A DNA stretch of 64,000 bases from an uncultured Alphaproteobacteria bacterium (GCA_963834945.1 CAWIDT010000006.1:71609-135608), one strand, 5' to 3'; positions 51,077 through 62,142 are shown, counted from the stretch's first letter. The notes: generated from the letters alone by a model not told the origin. A program made the numbers and translations.

Positions 51077-52441
51077 ATGAACGTTTCTTTTTTTGGGGAA
51101 CTACTCACGGCCATTTCGGATCGTGGACGTCAGATTCTGGATCTATCGGGGATCGTCTCTGCTCCCGGCGAAACGGTGCAAAGCCTTTCGGAAGCGCTGC
51201 TTTCCGGGCGCGGGGAGGCGTCCGGTGTTGCGTTGGCAAGGCAAATCCTCACCCGCTATAAGGCGCTCGACGAGGCTGGACGCCACCAATTCTTCCGCTA
51301 TCTCGCGCAAACCATCACTCCCGATACCGACAAGCTGATGACCGCCGCGCGCGGCTTCGTTCAGGCGCCCGGCCCGGACACGCTGAAGCGGCTAACGCAG
51401 CTGACAGAGCCGCCGCGCCTGGAATATCTGCGCCGGCTCAACCTCGCGCCTGGAGCGACAGCCGACATCGTGGCCATGCGCCAGGACCTGCTCCGCTTCC
51501 TTAAAGGCGACGACAGCCTGGCCGCCGTCGACCGCGATTTCGTCAACCAGCTCGTCTCCTGGTTCAACCGGGGTTTTCTGGTGCTACAGCGCATCGACTG
51601 GTCGACGCCCGCGAATATTTTGGAGAAAATCATCCGCTACGAGGCCGTGCACGAAATTCAGGGCTGGGACGATCTTCGCCGCCGTCTCGACCCGGTGGAC
51701 AGGCGCTGCTTCGCCTTTTTCCATCCCTCGCTCGTGGATGAGCCCATCATCTTCGTGCAGGTGGCGCTGACGCGGGAGGTGCCCGGGTCGATCCGGCAGG
51801 TGCTGGAGGAGGAACGCCGCGATGCGCAAGCCATGCGGGAGCCGACCACGGCAGTGTTCTACTCCATTTCCAATTGCCAGGATGGCCTGCGCGGCATTTC
51901 CTTCGGCAATTTCCTCATCAAGCAGGTCGTCGAAGACCTGGCCCGCGCCATTCCCAGCCTGAAAACCTTCGTCACCTTGTCGCCGGTGCCCGGCTTCAGC
52001 GCCTGGTTGGAGCGCGCCAAGGCAAGCCAGATCCTCACCTATCTCGATGCCACCGATCTCGCCATCCTCGACAATTTGGCGGATGACAGTTGGCCGGAGG
52101 ACGAAGAGCTTGCGGAGGCGATGAATCCGGTGCTGATGGCGGCTGCCGCGCACTACTTCCTGGCGGCGAAAAACATTCACGGCAGACCCATCGATGCCGT
52201 GGCGCGTTTTCATCTGGGGAACGGCGCACGCCTTGAACGCATTAACTGGCTGGCCAACACCTCCCCGAAAGGGATGAAGGAAGCTCATGGCCTTATGGTC
52301 AACTACCGATACGAGTTGCGCGACATCGAGCGCAATCATGAGCTGTTCGCCAATTCAGGTGCGGTTGCCGCATCCAAACCCGTTCGGGCGTTGCTGAAGG
52401 TGCCGGAAAAGTCCCAAGCCCTGGTGGCGGTAGCGGACTGA
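51077..52441 (+). CDS. matA: Malonyl-CoA decarboxylase
   Basis: SGRGEASG, SWFNRGFL, YEAVHEI, FYSISNCQDGLRGISFGNFLIKQV, TLSPVPG, FHLGNGA. Confidence 0.95.
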   Translation: MNVSFFGELLTAISDRGRQILDLSGIVSAPGETVQSLSEALLSGRGEASGVALARQILTRYKALDEAGRHQFFRYLAQTITPDTDKLMTAARGFVQAPGPDTLKRLTQLTEPPRLEYLRRLNLAPGATADIVAMRQDLLRFLKGDDSLAAVDRDFVNQLVSWFNRGFLVLQRIDWSTPANILEKIIRYEAVHEIQGWDDLRRRLDPVDRRCFAFFHPSLVDEPIIFVQVALTREVPGSIRQVLEEERRDAQAMREPTTAVFYSISNCQDGLRGISFGNFLIKQVVEDLARAIPSLKTFVTLSPVPGFSAWLERAKASQILTYLDATDLAILDNLADDSWPEDEELAEAMNPVLMAAAAHYFLAAKNIHGRPIDAVARFHLGNGARLERINWLANTSPKGMKEAHGLMVNYRYELRDIERNHELFANSGAVAASKPVRALLKVPEKSQALVAVAD

Positions 52442-52465
52442 GATTTAGAAGGTCAGGAGAACAAC

Positions 52466-53416
52466 ATGCGCTGGCGTGACCGTGAGGAAAGCGAAAATGT
52501 CGAGGATCGTCGCGACGAATCGGGAGGGGGGCGTTTCCCGTTCCGGTTTCCGCGCGGCGGCGATGATGGAGGCGACGGCAGCGGAGGCTTTCCGCGTGGC
52601 ATACCTATTCCGGGTGGTAGCGGCGGCCTTGGTATCGTGGGCGTCCTGGTTCTGCTGGGTATCATGTATTTTCTCGGTATCGACCCTCGCGTCATCCTCG
52701 ATAATGGCGATGGCGGCGTGAGCTTGCCCCAGATCGGGCAACCGAGTGATTCAAGCCAGCCGGCCAGCGCCGAGGACCAGGATCTGCGCAAGATGACCGC
52801 CGTCGTCCTCAAGACGACCGAAGACGTCTGGAAGGCGGAATTTCAGCAGATGGGGAAGACCTACGTTCCGCCAAAGTTGGTGCTCTACCGCGGCGATATC
52901 AATTCGGGCTGCGGCATGGGCGTTTCCCAGATGGGACCGTTCTACTGTCCGATCGACCACAAGGTATATCTGGATACGTCCTTCTTCAAAGACATGAAGA
53001 ACAAGCTGAACGCCCCTGGCGAATTTGCCGAAGCCTACGTCATTGCCCATGAAGTCGGCCATCACGTGCAGACGCAGCTCGGCATCATGGACAAGGTGAT
53101 GGCGGCCCGCGCGCAGGCGGGCGAGGTGCAGAGCAACGCAATTCAGGTGAAGACGGAGTTACAGGCGGATTGCTTTGCTGGCTTGTGGGCCAACCGCGCG
53201 CAGCAGAACCTGCAATTCGTCGAGCCGGGCGACATCGAGGCGGCGCTGAATGCGGCGGCGGCGATCGGCGACGACCGGCTTCAGAAGCGGACCCAAGGGC
53301 GGGTCGTGCCGGATGCCTTTACGCATGGCTCGTCGGAGCAGCGCGTCACCTGGTTCCGGAAAGGCTTCGACAGCGGCAAGTTCGAAGCCTGCGACACGTT
53401 CGGAAACGCGATTTAA
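52466..53416 (+). CDS. Neutral zinc metallopeptidase (YpfJ-like)
   Basis: SENVEDRR, GPFYCP, AHEVGHHVQ, ELQADC, FTHGSSEQR. Confidence 0.93.
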   Translation: MRWRDREESENVEDRRDESGGGRFPFRFPRGGDDGGDGSGGFPRGIPIPGGSGGLGIVGVLVLLGIMYFLGIDPRVILDNGDGGVSLPQIGQPSDSSQPASAEDQDLRKMTAVVLKTTEDVWKAEFQQMGKTYVPPKLVLYRGDINSGCGMGVSQMGPFYCPIDHKVYLDTSFFKDMKNKLNAPGEFAEAYVIAHEVGHHVQTQLGIMDKVMAARAQAGEVQSNAIQVKTELQADCFAGLWANRAQQNLQFVEPGDIEAALNAAAAIGDDRLQKRTQGRVVPDAFTHGSSEQRVTWFRKGFDSGKFEACDTFGNAI

Positions 53417-53455
53417 GTCCGGCGCCGCTCCCCAATAGTGGAGCGGCGCCGACTT
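53415..53455. terminator. GC hairpin between convergent genes
   Basis: AAGTC(C)GGCGCCGCTCC-loop-GGAGCGGCGCCGACTT. Confidence 0.65.
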
Positions 53456-53484
53456 GACGGCTTAGCCGGGCCTTGCTCCGGCTA

Positions 53485-55474
53485 TCAATCTTTCTGCGCC
53501 AAATAGGGCGTGATGCGCATGAACTCGACGCGCCGGTTGCGCACTTCGGGGCCTTGCGTCGGGATCAGCAGATCCTGCTCGCCATACCCTTGCGTCACCA
53601 GGTTCTCCGGCGGCACGCCGAATTCGTCGGTCAGCACGCGAGCCACCGTCTCGACGCGCCGGTCCGAGAGGGACAGGTTGTCCTCGTCGGAGCCCACCGC
53701 GTCCGTATAGCCGGCGACCAGGAACACCTCGTCGGGATTGCGGCGCAGGATGCTCTTAATCGCGTCGGCGACATCCTGAAGATTGCCGATCTGTTCCGGC
53801 CGGATGTCCCAGGCGCCGAATTCGAAGTTTATCGAACTGAGATTGACCCGGCGCAGCCGCTGCCGCAATCCGCGGTTGTAACGGATTTCGTCGAGCGTAT
53901 AGTCGCCTTCCAAGGCTTCGATCGGCGGAGCGCTAAGCGCGCGCTCAATGTCTTCTTCCGACGCATCGTCCGCATCTACGTAATATTCATCGCGCGGAAT
54001 GTTCGGCCTGAATTCGGGCAGATTGAGATAGAAACCGAAACCGGGGCGACGATCCCGATCGCGGTACCGGCCCTCGCCTCTGAACTCATTATTGATCAGG
54101 ATGATTTCCCGCCCGTCGCGGAACCGCTTGATACGGCGCAGTAGCCGCCCGTCCTCACCCTGGATGACAATGATCTGCGCCCCGTCCGGCCGATTGATGA
54201 TGATGCGGTTTCTGCCGCCTTCTCCCCGCTCGACATGGTAGTCACGGGAGGGGCCGCGCAGGCGCTCGCTTTCGTCGTGCCGGATGATGATCTTGCCGTT
54301 GTCCCGCTCGATAAGCCGGCTCCCCGGCTCCTCGATGACGATACGTCCGTCCTTCTCCCGGCGCTCCTTGCGTTGGCCGGTAATGTCCTTCAGCTTCTCC
54401 CGAGAAAATTCGACGCGTTCCTGCCGGCGCTGTTGCTGCTCAGCCGGAGAAATGAAGCCGTCGCGCAGGCGCTCTTCCGGTTTCCGATCGCGGTTACGAG
54501 CAGCGCGTTCGGCGCGGTTATCGCCACCGGGTCCTGTCTTCTCCCCGCCGAAGCGCTTATCCAGGCCCTGACCTTGGCCGCCGCCCTGGCCCTGACCACC
54601 GCCTTGACCTTGCTCCTGAAGCTTGCGCCGCTTGAAGTCTTCCTGACCCTGCTGGTTGCCCTGGCCCTGGCCGCCGCCCTGGCCTTGCTCCTGCAGCTTG
54701 CGCCGCTTGATCTCGTCCTGACCTTGCTGATTGCCCTGGCCCTGGCCGCCGCCCTGACCCTGCTCCTGAAGCTTGCGGCGCCTGAGGTCTTCCTGACCCT
54801 GCTGGTTGCCCTGGCCCTGGCCCTGGCCACCCCCCTGACCTTGCTCCTGAAGCTTGCGGCGCCTGAGATCTTCCTGACCCTGCTGGTCTGCCCTGGCCCT
54901 GGCCGCCGCCCTGACCTTGCTCCTGAAGCTTGCGGCGCCTGAGGTCTTCCTGGCCCTGCTGGTTGCCCTGGCCCTGGCCACCGCCCTGACCTTGCTCCTG
55001 CAGCTTGCGGCGCCTGAGGTCTTCCTGGCCCTGCTGGTTGCCCTGGCCCTGGCCACCGCCCTGACCTTGCTCCTGCAGCTTGCGGCGCCTGAGGTCTTCC
55101 TGACCCTGCTGGTTGCCCTGGCCCTGGCCACCGCCCTGACCTTGCTCCTGCAGCTTGCGGCGCCTGAGGTCTTCCTGACCCTGCTGGTTGCCCTGGCCCT
55201 GGCCACTGCCCTGACCTTGCTCCTGAGGATTACGGCGCTTGTGCTCCTCCTGGCCCTGACCCTGTTGTCCGCCTTGGCCCTGCTCGCCGCCTTTGCCTTT
55301 CTGGCGTTCGCGGCGCTTCTTCTCGTCCTCGGTCTCATTCGGCTGGTTCTGCGCCAGCATGATGCGTGCTTCGCTGCCCGTCCTGGGTTCGGCTTGAGCT
55401 CCGGCATAAGAGCCGGCAATCCCCATCACCGTCCCTACAAGAAAAACTGCGTACCTCGTTCGAATAAAGGGCAT
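53485..55474 (-). CDS. OmpA-family protein with N-terminal Gln/Gly/Arg tandem repeats (frameshift near 54890)
   Basis: Signal peptide from 55474; INFEFG, VAGYTDAVGSDEDNLSLSDRR, QGYGE, NRRVE. Confidence 0.85.
54570..55265 (-). repeat. Coding tandem repeat, 75-bp unit, about 9 copies
   Basis: Unit QQGQEDLRRRKLQEQGQGGGQGQGN; GAGGTCTTCC recurs at 54941, 55016, 55091, 55166. Confidence 0.92.
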
Positions 55475-55671
55475 TTCCTGACCTTTCGTGTTACGTGCGC
55501 AAGCAAACGCTGCGCGCGGCTCTGGTCCAGAGCTGCGTTGCGTTGCGTTTATGCACGACAATCGCGTGCGGTTTGTGACTAAGGCATGAACGTCGAAGGC
55601 CCATCCCGTCTCGACCATTCCAAAACCGTTTGGGTGCTGAAGAAGTTCCGCCGCCGGGCTCGGTCGAAGGC

Positions 55672-56412
55672 TTAAGTCTCGAAGCCGCCATCCACGTTGA
55701 AGGTCGTGCCGGTGATGAACGCCGTTTCCTCGCCGGAAAGAAAAACCGCCATGCTGGCGACATCCTCCGGATGGCCATAACGGCCAAGCGCGGTCATCAT
55801 GCTCATCAAACGGGCGTGGCGGCTGTCGTCCGGATTCATCTCCGTCGCGATGGGACCGGGCTGAATCGCATTCACGGTAATGCCGCGCGATGCCAGATCG
55901 CGGGCGAAGGCACGGGTCATGCCCGCAACCGCAAACTTGCTGATGGCGTAGAGTCCTATTCCTGGCGCAGGCACCCGCGCGCCGAAGGTGCTGCTCAGAT
56001 TGATGATACGCGCGCCCCCCTGCATCAGTGGCACCGCCGATTTGATTGCGATATACGCACCGCGCAGATTGACGGCCATGACGCGGTCGAACTCCTCGTC
56101 CGTCGTATCGAGCAGGGGCCGCCGCTGGAAAATCCCTGCATTGTTGACCAGGATGTCCAGGCCGCCCAGCCGCTCATGCGCTTCTGCAACCGCCTGCCGC
56201 ACCGCCTCGCCGTCGCCCGCATCCGCGCGGATCGCCTCGCCGCGCACGCCGAGCGCTTGAATGGCCTGCGCGGTCGCCTCGGCTTGGGCGCGGGAGTTGA
56301 AATAGGTGATGGCGACGTCCGCGCCCGCGCCCGCAAGTCCCCTGGCGATCGCGGCGCCGATGCCTCGGCTGGCGCCGGTCACCAGCGCCTTCCTGCCCGA
56401 AAGTCTGGTCAC
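55672..56412 (-). CDS. SDR family oxidoreductase (FabG-like)
   Basis: TGASRGIG, NNAG, YAISK, PGPIATEMN, VDGG. Confidence 0.9.
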   Translation of the reverse strand: MTRLSGRKALVTGASRGIGAAIARGLAGAGADVAITYFNSRAQAEATAQAIQALGVRGEAIRADAGDGEAVRQAVAEAHERLGGLDILVNNAGIFQRRPLLDTTDEEFDRVMAVNLRGAYIAIKSAVPLMQGGARIINLSSTFGARVPAPGIGLYAISKFAVAGMTRAFARDLASRGITVNAIQPGPIATEMNPDDSRHARLMSMMTALGRYGHPEDVASMAVFLSGEETAFITGTTFNVDGGFET

Positions 56413-56432
56413 GATCTGCCAGCCCCCGCCGC

Positions 56433-56723
56433 CTAATCGACGCCCTCGATCAGCAGGATCTCGCCATCGGCGCATTGCTGCCGGATCGCAACCGCAGGCT
56501 GATATTCCGGCGAGCGATAGCAGGCGACCGCCTGCTCGAAACTATCGAATTCAATGAGGACATTGCGTGGCCGCGCTTCGCCTTCCATCGCCTCATACCG
56601 TCCGGCGCGCGCCAGAAAACGCGCCCCATATTTCTGGAACGCGGGGGCGGCGGTGCGTATATAATCCGGGTACATATCAGCATTGTTGACGGTGACATGC
56701 GCAATCCAATAGCCCTTCGGCAT
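56433..56723 (-). CDS. DUF1330 domain protein
   Basis: MPKGYWIA, GARFLARAG, LIEFDS, YRSPEYQ. Confidence 0.9.
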   Translation of the reverse strand: MPKGYWIAHVTVNNADMYPDYIRTAAPAFQKYGARFLARAGRYEAMEGEARPRNVLIEFDSFEQAVACYRSPEYQPAVAIRQQCADGEILLIEGVD

Positions 56724-56808
56724 GAGATCCCTCCAGTTTTCGCGGAACCAAACGTAGCGTGCGGACCGGCCAAATGGAAGCGCCCAGCATCGATAGAGGG
56801 AGGCGGCT

Positions 56809-57279
56809 TTGATCCGGGTGCAGGCAGAGGATTTTGACTGCGGAGCCGAAATCCGCGCGCTGACCGCGGGGCGTGACGACATTGGCGCGGTAGTGAGCTT
56901 CACGGGCCTGGTGCGCCAGGGCGAGGGGCAGGCAGCTATCCGCGCGATGACGCTGGAGCACTACCCCGGCATGACGGAAAGCGAACTGTCGCGCATCGAG
57001 GCCGAGGCGCGGGATCGCTGGCCGCTCAGCGCCTGCACCATCATTCACCGGCACGGGCGATTGATGCCGGGCGACAATATCGTCCTGGTGATCACCGCGT
57101 CGGCGCATCGGCGCGCCGCCTTCGAAGCGGCCGAGTTTCTGATGGATTACCTCAAAACCAACGCGCCGTTCTGGAAAAAGGAGCAGCCGCAGCAGGGCGA
57201 GGACAATTGGGTGACCGCCAAAACGGCCGACGGTGCCGCGGCGGGGCGCTGGCGCAAGCGCACCGCAACGGCAGAGTGA
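56809..57279 (+). CDS. moaE: Molybdopterin synthase catalytic subunit
   Basis: GAVVSFTGLVR, LEHYPGM, HRRAAF, DYLKTNAPFWKKE. Confidence 0.95.
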   Translation: MIRVQAEDFDCGAEIRALTAGRDDIGAVVSFTGLVRQGEGQAAIRAMTLEHYPGMTESELSRIEAEARDRWPLSACTIIHRHGRLMPGDNIVLVITASAHRRAAFEAAEFLMDYLKTNAPFWKKEQPQQGEDNWVTAKTADGAAAGRWRKRTATAE

Positions 57280-57286
57280 GCCACAC

Positions 57287-57832
57287 TTATTTGGCCGGCT
57301 TCAGATGTTCCTGGAGCCTCGGCATGATCTCGACGAAATTGCAGGGCCGATGGCGCGAATCGAGCTGCAATCGAAGAATGCCCTCCCACGCATCGCGGCA
57401 GGCGCCCGGCGATCCCGGAACGCAGAACACATAGGTGCCGTTGACGACGCCGCCCAGCGAGCGCGATTGCACGGTGGACGTCCCGACCTTCTGAAAGCTG
57501 ATCATGTGCATCAGCACGGAAAAGCCGTCGATCTCCTTCTCGAAAAGCGGACGAACCGCTTCCGGCGTCACGTCCCGGCCGGTCAGGCCGGTGCCTCCCG
57601 TGGTGATGACGGCGTCGATCCCCGGATCGGCGGCCCAGCGCTTGACAAGAGCCTGGATCTGGGCTGGCTCGTCCCTCAGAAGGGTACGCTCGGCGAGCTG
57701 ATGGCCATCCTCAGTCAGCAGATCGGCGAGCAAGGCGCCAGACGTGTCGTCGTCGAGGCTGCGCGTGTCGGACACGGTGAGAATCGCGATCCTCACCGGC
57801 TTGAACACCCTTGTCTCGTCAATGCCTGCCAT
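57287..57832 (-). CDS. moaB: Molybdenum cofactor biosynthesis protein B
   Basis: LTVSDTR, TTGGTGLTGRDVTPEA, PGSPGAC, PCNFVE. Confidence 0.95.
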   Translation of the reverse strand: MAGIDETRVFKPVRIAILTVSDTRSLDDDTSGALLADLLTEDGHQLAERTLLRDEPAQIQALVKRWAADPGIDAVITTGGTGLTGRDVTPEAVRPLFEKEIDGFSVLMHMISFQKVGTSTVQSRSLGGVVNGTYVFCVPGSPGACRDAWEGILRLQLDSRHRPCNFVEIMPRLQEHLKPAK

Positions 57833-57879
57833 GGCTGACCCCGCTGCGCTCTGGCGTGTCTACCGGACCTTCCGCAAGC

Positions 57880-58395
57880 TTAGCGCGAAAGCGCTATCGT
57901 CGCCACCGCGACATAGCGGCCGGCGCCGGGATCGAACTGCGTGATGGTCAGAGACTGTTTCGAAGAGCCCGAAACCTTGATGGCGAAGCGGCCTTTGAAA
58001 TTAGGCCCGTCAACGCTGAGATTGAGCTTTTCGCCGCTGATCGTGCCGTTGACGCTGCCCGTATTGTTGGCGACCTTCTCCGTCCAGTTGCCGCTGACCG
58101 CATCGCCGTCGCAGTTTACGTCGGCGCCCGCTTCGAACTTATAATCGGTGCCGGCGCAGGAGATCTTCTGCGACACACGCGCTCCGCTGCCGGAATAATT
58201 GACGCGGCATGTAATGCGCTCTTCGGCGCCGCCGATCGGCTTCACCGTGCCTGATCCGCGCCACGCGCCGTTGAGATTCTTGATCAGCGACTGCGCCTGC
58301 GGATTGCAGGCAGCGGCAAGCTGGCCGACCGATGCACCCATACCGACGGCCATAACGGCCAGGCTCGTCAGACCCGCTTTGAAGAGATGTGCCAT
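57880..58395 (-). CDS. Secreted hypothetical beta-rich protein
   Basis: Signal peptide; GAWRGSG, ERITCRV, CA, SGNWTE. Confidence 0.7.
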   Translation of the reverse strand: MAHLFKAGLTSLAVMAVGMGASVGQLAAACNPQAQSLIKNLNGAWRGSGTVKPIGGAEERITCRVNYSGSGARVSQKISCAGTDYKFEAGADVNCDGDAVSGNWTEKVANNTGSVNGTISGEKLNLSVDGPNFKGRFAIKVSGSSKQSLTITQFDPGAGRYVAVATIALSR

Positions 58396-58567
58396 TTTTT
58401 TGATACCCTTTGCCCTATGATGTTCCCTGAGCCAAAGCCCATCGATTTCCAATGCACCAATGCCGGTCCGGCGGCAATGACCTAACGCATGCAATGGTGG
58501 CGTTAACATAGGAAGCGCAGCGGTTCAGCAAAACCAGCGCGTGCTCGATGCACGGCATTTCTCGGCA

Positions 58568-59381
58568 TCAGGCGATTTTCGGCCACAGCGCATGAAAATG
58601 ATGAACCGGCCCGCGCCCGTGGCCGATGCCCAGTTCATCGGCTTGAATCAGCGCGTTCGTCAGGTACATCTTTCCCTCCCGCACCGCATCCAGCACGGTT
58701 CCGCCTCTGGCCAGCCGCGCCGCAATCGCAGACGCCAGCGTACAGCCCGGTCCCGTGGGTATTTTTCGTGCGGACCCGGTCGGCCGCAAGCCGCACGATG
58801 TTGGTGCCGTCGAGAAAAATGTCGACAGCCTCACGCCCGCTGCCATGGCCGCCTTTCATGAGAACGGCTTTCGGACCGAGCGACAGCAACAGCTCGCCCT
58901 GGCGCACCATCATCGACTCGTCGACCGCTTCGGCCGCCCCAAGCAGGCGCGCTGCTTCTGGGAGGTTCGGCGTGATGATGTCCGCGATCGGCATGAGGTG
59001 CGACCGGAGCGCGAACTCCGCCCCCGGGTCGAGCAGCGGATCGCCGCTCCCCGCCACCATCACCGGATCGAGCACGATCGGAGCGCCCCGCCACCGGCCG
59101 AGCGCGTCAGCGACAATGACAACCGCCGCTTCATTGCCAAGCATGCCGATCTTCACCGCGCCGACCGCGAGATCGGCAAAGACCGCGTCCATTTGCGCGC
59201 GGATGAATTCGGGTGGCACCGCGTGAATTGCCGTGACGCCGGTGGTATTTTGAGCCGTCAGCGCGGTGATGACCGAGGCGCCATACACCCCCAGCGCCGA
59301 AAAGGTCTTCAGATCCGCCTGAATGCCGGCGCCGCCAGAAGAATCCGAGCCTGCAATCGTGAGGGCAATGGGCGTTTTCAT
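58568..59381 (-). CDS. thiD: HMP/HMP-P kinase (frameshift near 58750)
   Basis: IAGSDSSGGAGIQADLKT, DPVM, TPNLPEA, KGGH, NTHGT/GCTLASAIA, GRGPVHHF. Confidence 0.93.
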
Positions 59382-59509
59382 GGTCGTTGTAGATAGGCGT
59401 TGAAACGGGGCTGCGCGAGCCCGCTGGTAAAAATGCGCACAGCTTGTGTCGCGCGCGCAATGAAATCGCAACCTATTGTGGTGACAATATTTCCGCTCAA
59501 TCGCCGCGG

Positions 59510-60341
59510 CTACGGACGAACGGCCGGCGTCTCGATCGGCAGGCCGTTGCCGCGCCAGGCGAGATAGAGTTCCAGCCCTACATATTCAGATGATCCAGCC
59601 TCCAAAGGCTCCGCCCGCATCAGGCCGAAACAGGCGTCGAACCTTTCGTGCAGGGATACGAACGTTTTGGTCCCCGTCTGATATTCGGGAAAGCCGTTTG
59701 AATGGCCCTGGCCGATGAATGAGCCGCGCAAGGACTGAGTATAATGCCTGTTATGGCAGAGGCCGCAGGACATGCCGAGCTGACCGATCCGTGTGTTATA
59801 AAGCTGCTTGCCGGCGTCGAAGGCCGGTTTTGCGGGGCCATCGATCTGCACATTCACCGGACTACCCCGGGACTGCATGCGCAAAAACGCCGTCATCGAC
59901 AGCAATTCATCGGAACCATAGGCCCAGGGCGAAGCCTGCATCTTTTCTTCACGGCACATGTTGATGCGCTGCTCAAGATTGACGACACGCCCGGCCGCAC
60001 TGTCGAATTTGGGGTAGGCCGCGGCTCTGCCCCGCATGGTTTCGCCAGCGCCGTTATGGCAGGTGGCGCAGGCTTTCCGCGCGCCGCCGTCAGACTTCGC
60101 CCCAGAGGCGTTCGCCTGACTGCACCCAGCGGAAGCCCGGATTGTCGAAATCATCGTCCTGCAGCGCGCGCGTTTCCAGCGAGCTGAAATAATAGCCCGA
60201 AATCAGATTGCCCAGCGGATTATCTGCGTCCTTGGGGGGAATGGATTTCCGCTCCTGCGCCCAGGTGCCTTGCGAAATCGGCAGCAACATCATTGCCAAC
60301 CCGATTATAGCGGCCAGATGCGGCCTGCTCGTCATGCTCAT
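59510..60341 (-). CDS. soxA: Diheme SoxA cytochrome c (frameshift near 60100)
   Basis: QDDDFDNPG, CATCH, LEQRINMC, GQLGMSCGLCH, RFDAC..MRAEP, LELYLAWRGNGLPIETPAVRP. Confidence 0.88.
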
Positions 60342-60360
60342 GCGGATGTGTGCCTTACGG

Positions 60361-60878
60361 TCATCGCAGGTCTTTCAGAAATGCAATGACGTCCTCGACC
60401 TCGCCCGCTGCAAGCAGCGTCTGAGCGGCAAGGCTTTGCGGAATGCGCTGAAACTCGGAGGTGGTGTGGAAGGCTGGCATGACGGTATCCGGATAGAGCA
60501 CCTTCGGATCGACGATGATCTGGCGCAGTTGGGCTTCGGTGAAGCGGCCGCCGACGCCGTTCAGGTTTGGGCCGACATCCCCATGGGCCGGTTCCTCGCT
60601 TAGCGCGGGCACGCGGTGGCAGGCAAGGCAATTCCCCTTCTGCTTGTCAATAATCACCAGCCGGCCGCGCGCCGGATCGCCAATCGAGCCGGTCAGCGAT
60701 TGCGTGATCCCAACGAGTTCGGCCGGTGACGGGGCCCTGGCGAACGCCGCCATCTGGTGGAAATAGCCTGCGGTCTTGGGCTTGCATTCGAGCGCGTCCG
60801 CGTCACGGCGATACGGCCGAAAAGACCAGCACGGCCAGAGCGAGCGCTGCGCTTGCCGATAATGATCGGCCCCGCCAC
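60361..60878 (-). CDS. soxX: SoxX cytochrome c (N-terminus frameshifted, start approximate)
   Basis: SLTG..GDPARG, GNCLACH, HGDVGPNL, DTVMPAF; upstream signal peptide in another frame. Confidence 0.85.
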
Positions 60879-61210
60879 TCCTGCTTCCCGATGCAGCCGC
60901 GCAACATTGTCACTGTCCTGCCTCCCTGTTGCCGCCACTTTAGTGCAGGCGCGGTTTCCTTGCCAGCGCTGCATCGCCCTTAACCGGAGTTGCGGGCGGG
61001 CGCGACGCGTGCATTCGGATGAGCGCAAAATCCGGCGGTTGCCGGGATTGACAAGCTTTGGCGCATCCTTATAGTGCGCCCACGCGGCGAGCTTTGCTCG
61101 GCCCGCGCAAGGTGCGCTGCCCCAGGCTCATAAGTCTAAAAATGGCGATCAAGTCCGCGGCTTTGGCCGTGGCGCCGATGGGCGCGTGAAGACAGGAAAA
61201 GGTCAAGATC

Positions 61211-61861
61211 ATGTACGCTGTCATTCGCACAGGCGGCAAGCAATACCGGGTTGCTCCGGACGATGTCCTCGACATCGAGAAGATTTCCGGCGAAGTCGGT
61301 GACATCGTCGAATTTGGTGAAGTGCTGCTGCTGGGCGGCGATGGCGAGCCGCAGCTTGGCTTGCCGCTTGTTGCCGGCGCTACCGTGGCGGCCGAGGTCG
61401 TCGAGCACCATCGCGGCGAGAAGATCATCGTCTTCAAAAAGAAGCGCCGCCAGAACTACCGCCGCAAGAACGGCCATCGTCAATCGCTGACGACCGTCCG
61501 CTTTACCGAAATCCTCACCAATGGCGAGAAGCCGAAAAAGAGCGCCGCCAAGGCGAAGTCCAGCGAAGCCGCGCCGAAAAAGACCAAGGCCGCCGGGTTC
61601 AATGATGACGTCTCGCTCATCGGCGGCGTCGGCCCGGTGCTCGAAAAGAAGCTGGCGGCGCTGGGCGTTACCTCGCTTAAGCAGATCGCCGAATGGAGCG
61701 CCGCCGACATCGAACGAATCGATGAGGAACTCGCCTTCAAGGGCCGCATCGACCGTGAGGAATGGGTGCAGCAGGCCAAGGACCTCATCGCCGGCAAGCC
61801 GCCGCGCGCCAAGATCGATCAGGAAGCCGCCGAAAAGGCCGCTGACAAGTCCAAGAAATAG
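61211..61861 (+). CDS. rplU: 50S ribosomal protein L21 with C-terminal HhH-like extension
   Basis: [31 protein letters not shown], then [17 protein letters not shown]. Confidence 0.97.
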   Translation: MYAVIRTGGKQYRVAPDDVLDIEKISGEVGDIVEFGEVLLLGGDGEPQLGLPLVAGATVAAEVVEHHRGEKIIVFKKKRRQNYRRKNGHRQSLTTVRFTEILTNGEKPKKSAAKAKSSEAAPKKTKAAGFNDDVSLIGGVGPVLEKKLAALGVTSLKQIAEWSAADIERIDEELAFKGRIDREEWVQQAKDLIAGKPPRAKIDQEAAEKAADKSKK

Positions 61862-61872
61862 GAGCCGATATC

Positions 61873-62142
61873 ATGGCACATAAGAAAGCAGGCGGCTCAT
61901 CGAGAAACGGCCGCGATTCGGCCGGCAGGCGCCTTGGCGTGAAGAAATATGGCGGCGAACGCGTCATTCCCGGCAATATCATCGTGCGTCAGCGCGGCAC
62001 CAGATGGCACCCCGGCACCGGGGTCGATATAGGCCGCGATCATACGATTTTCGCCGTGCAGGAAGGCCAGGTCGAATTTCAGGCGCGCGGCGGTGGCAAG
62101 ATTTACATTTCGGTCGTCGGGGCGGAAGGCGCCGAAGCCTGA
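61873..62142 (+). CDS. rpmA: 50S ribosomal protein L27
   Basis: [34 protein letters not shown]. Confidence 0.98.
   Translation: MAHKKAGGSSRNGRDSAGRRLGVKKYGGERVIPGNIIVRQRGTRWHPGTGVDIGRDHTIFAVQEGQVEFQARGGGKIYISVVGAEGAEA

Noticed and set aside
54570-55265. Possible CRISPR array
   Set aside because: Units are contiguous with no unique spacers, are a multiple of 3, lie in a coding region, and no cas genes are present
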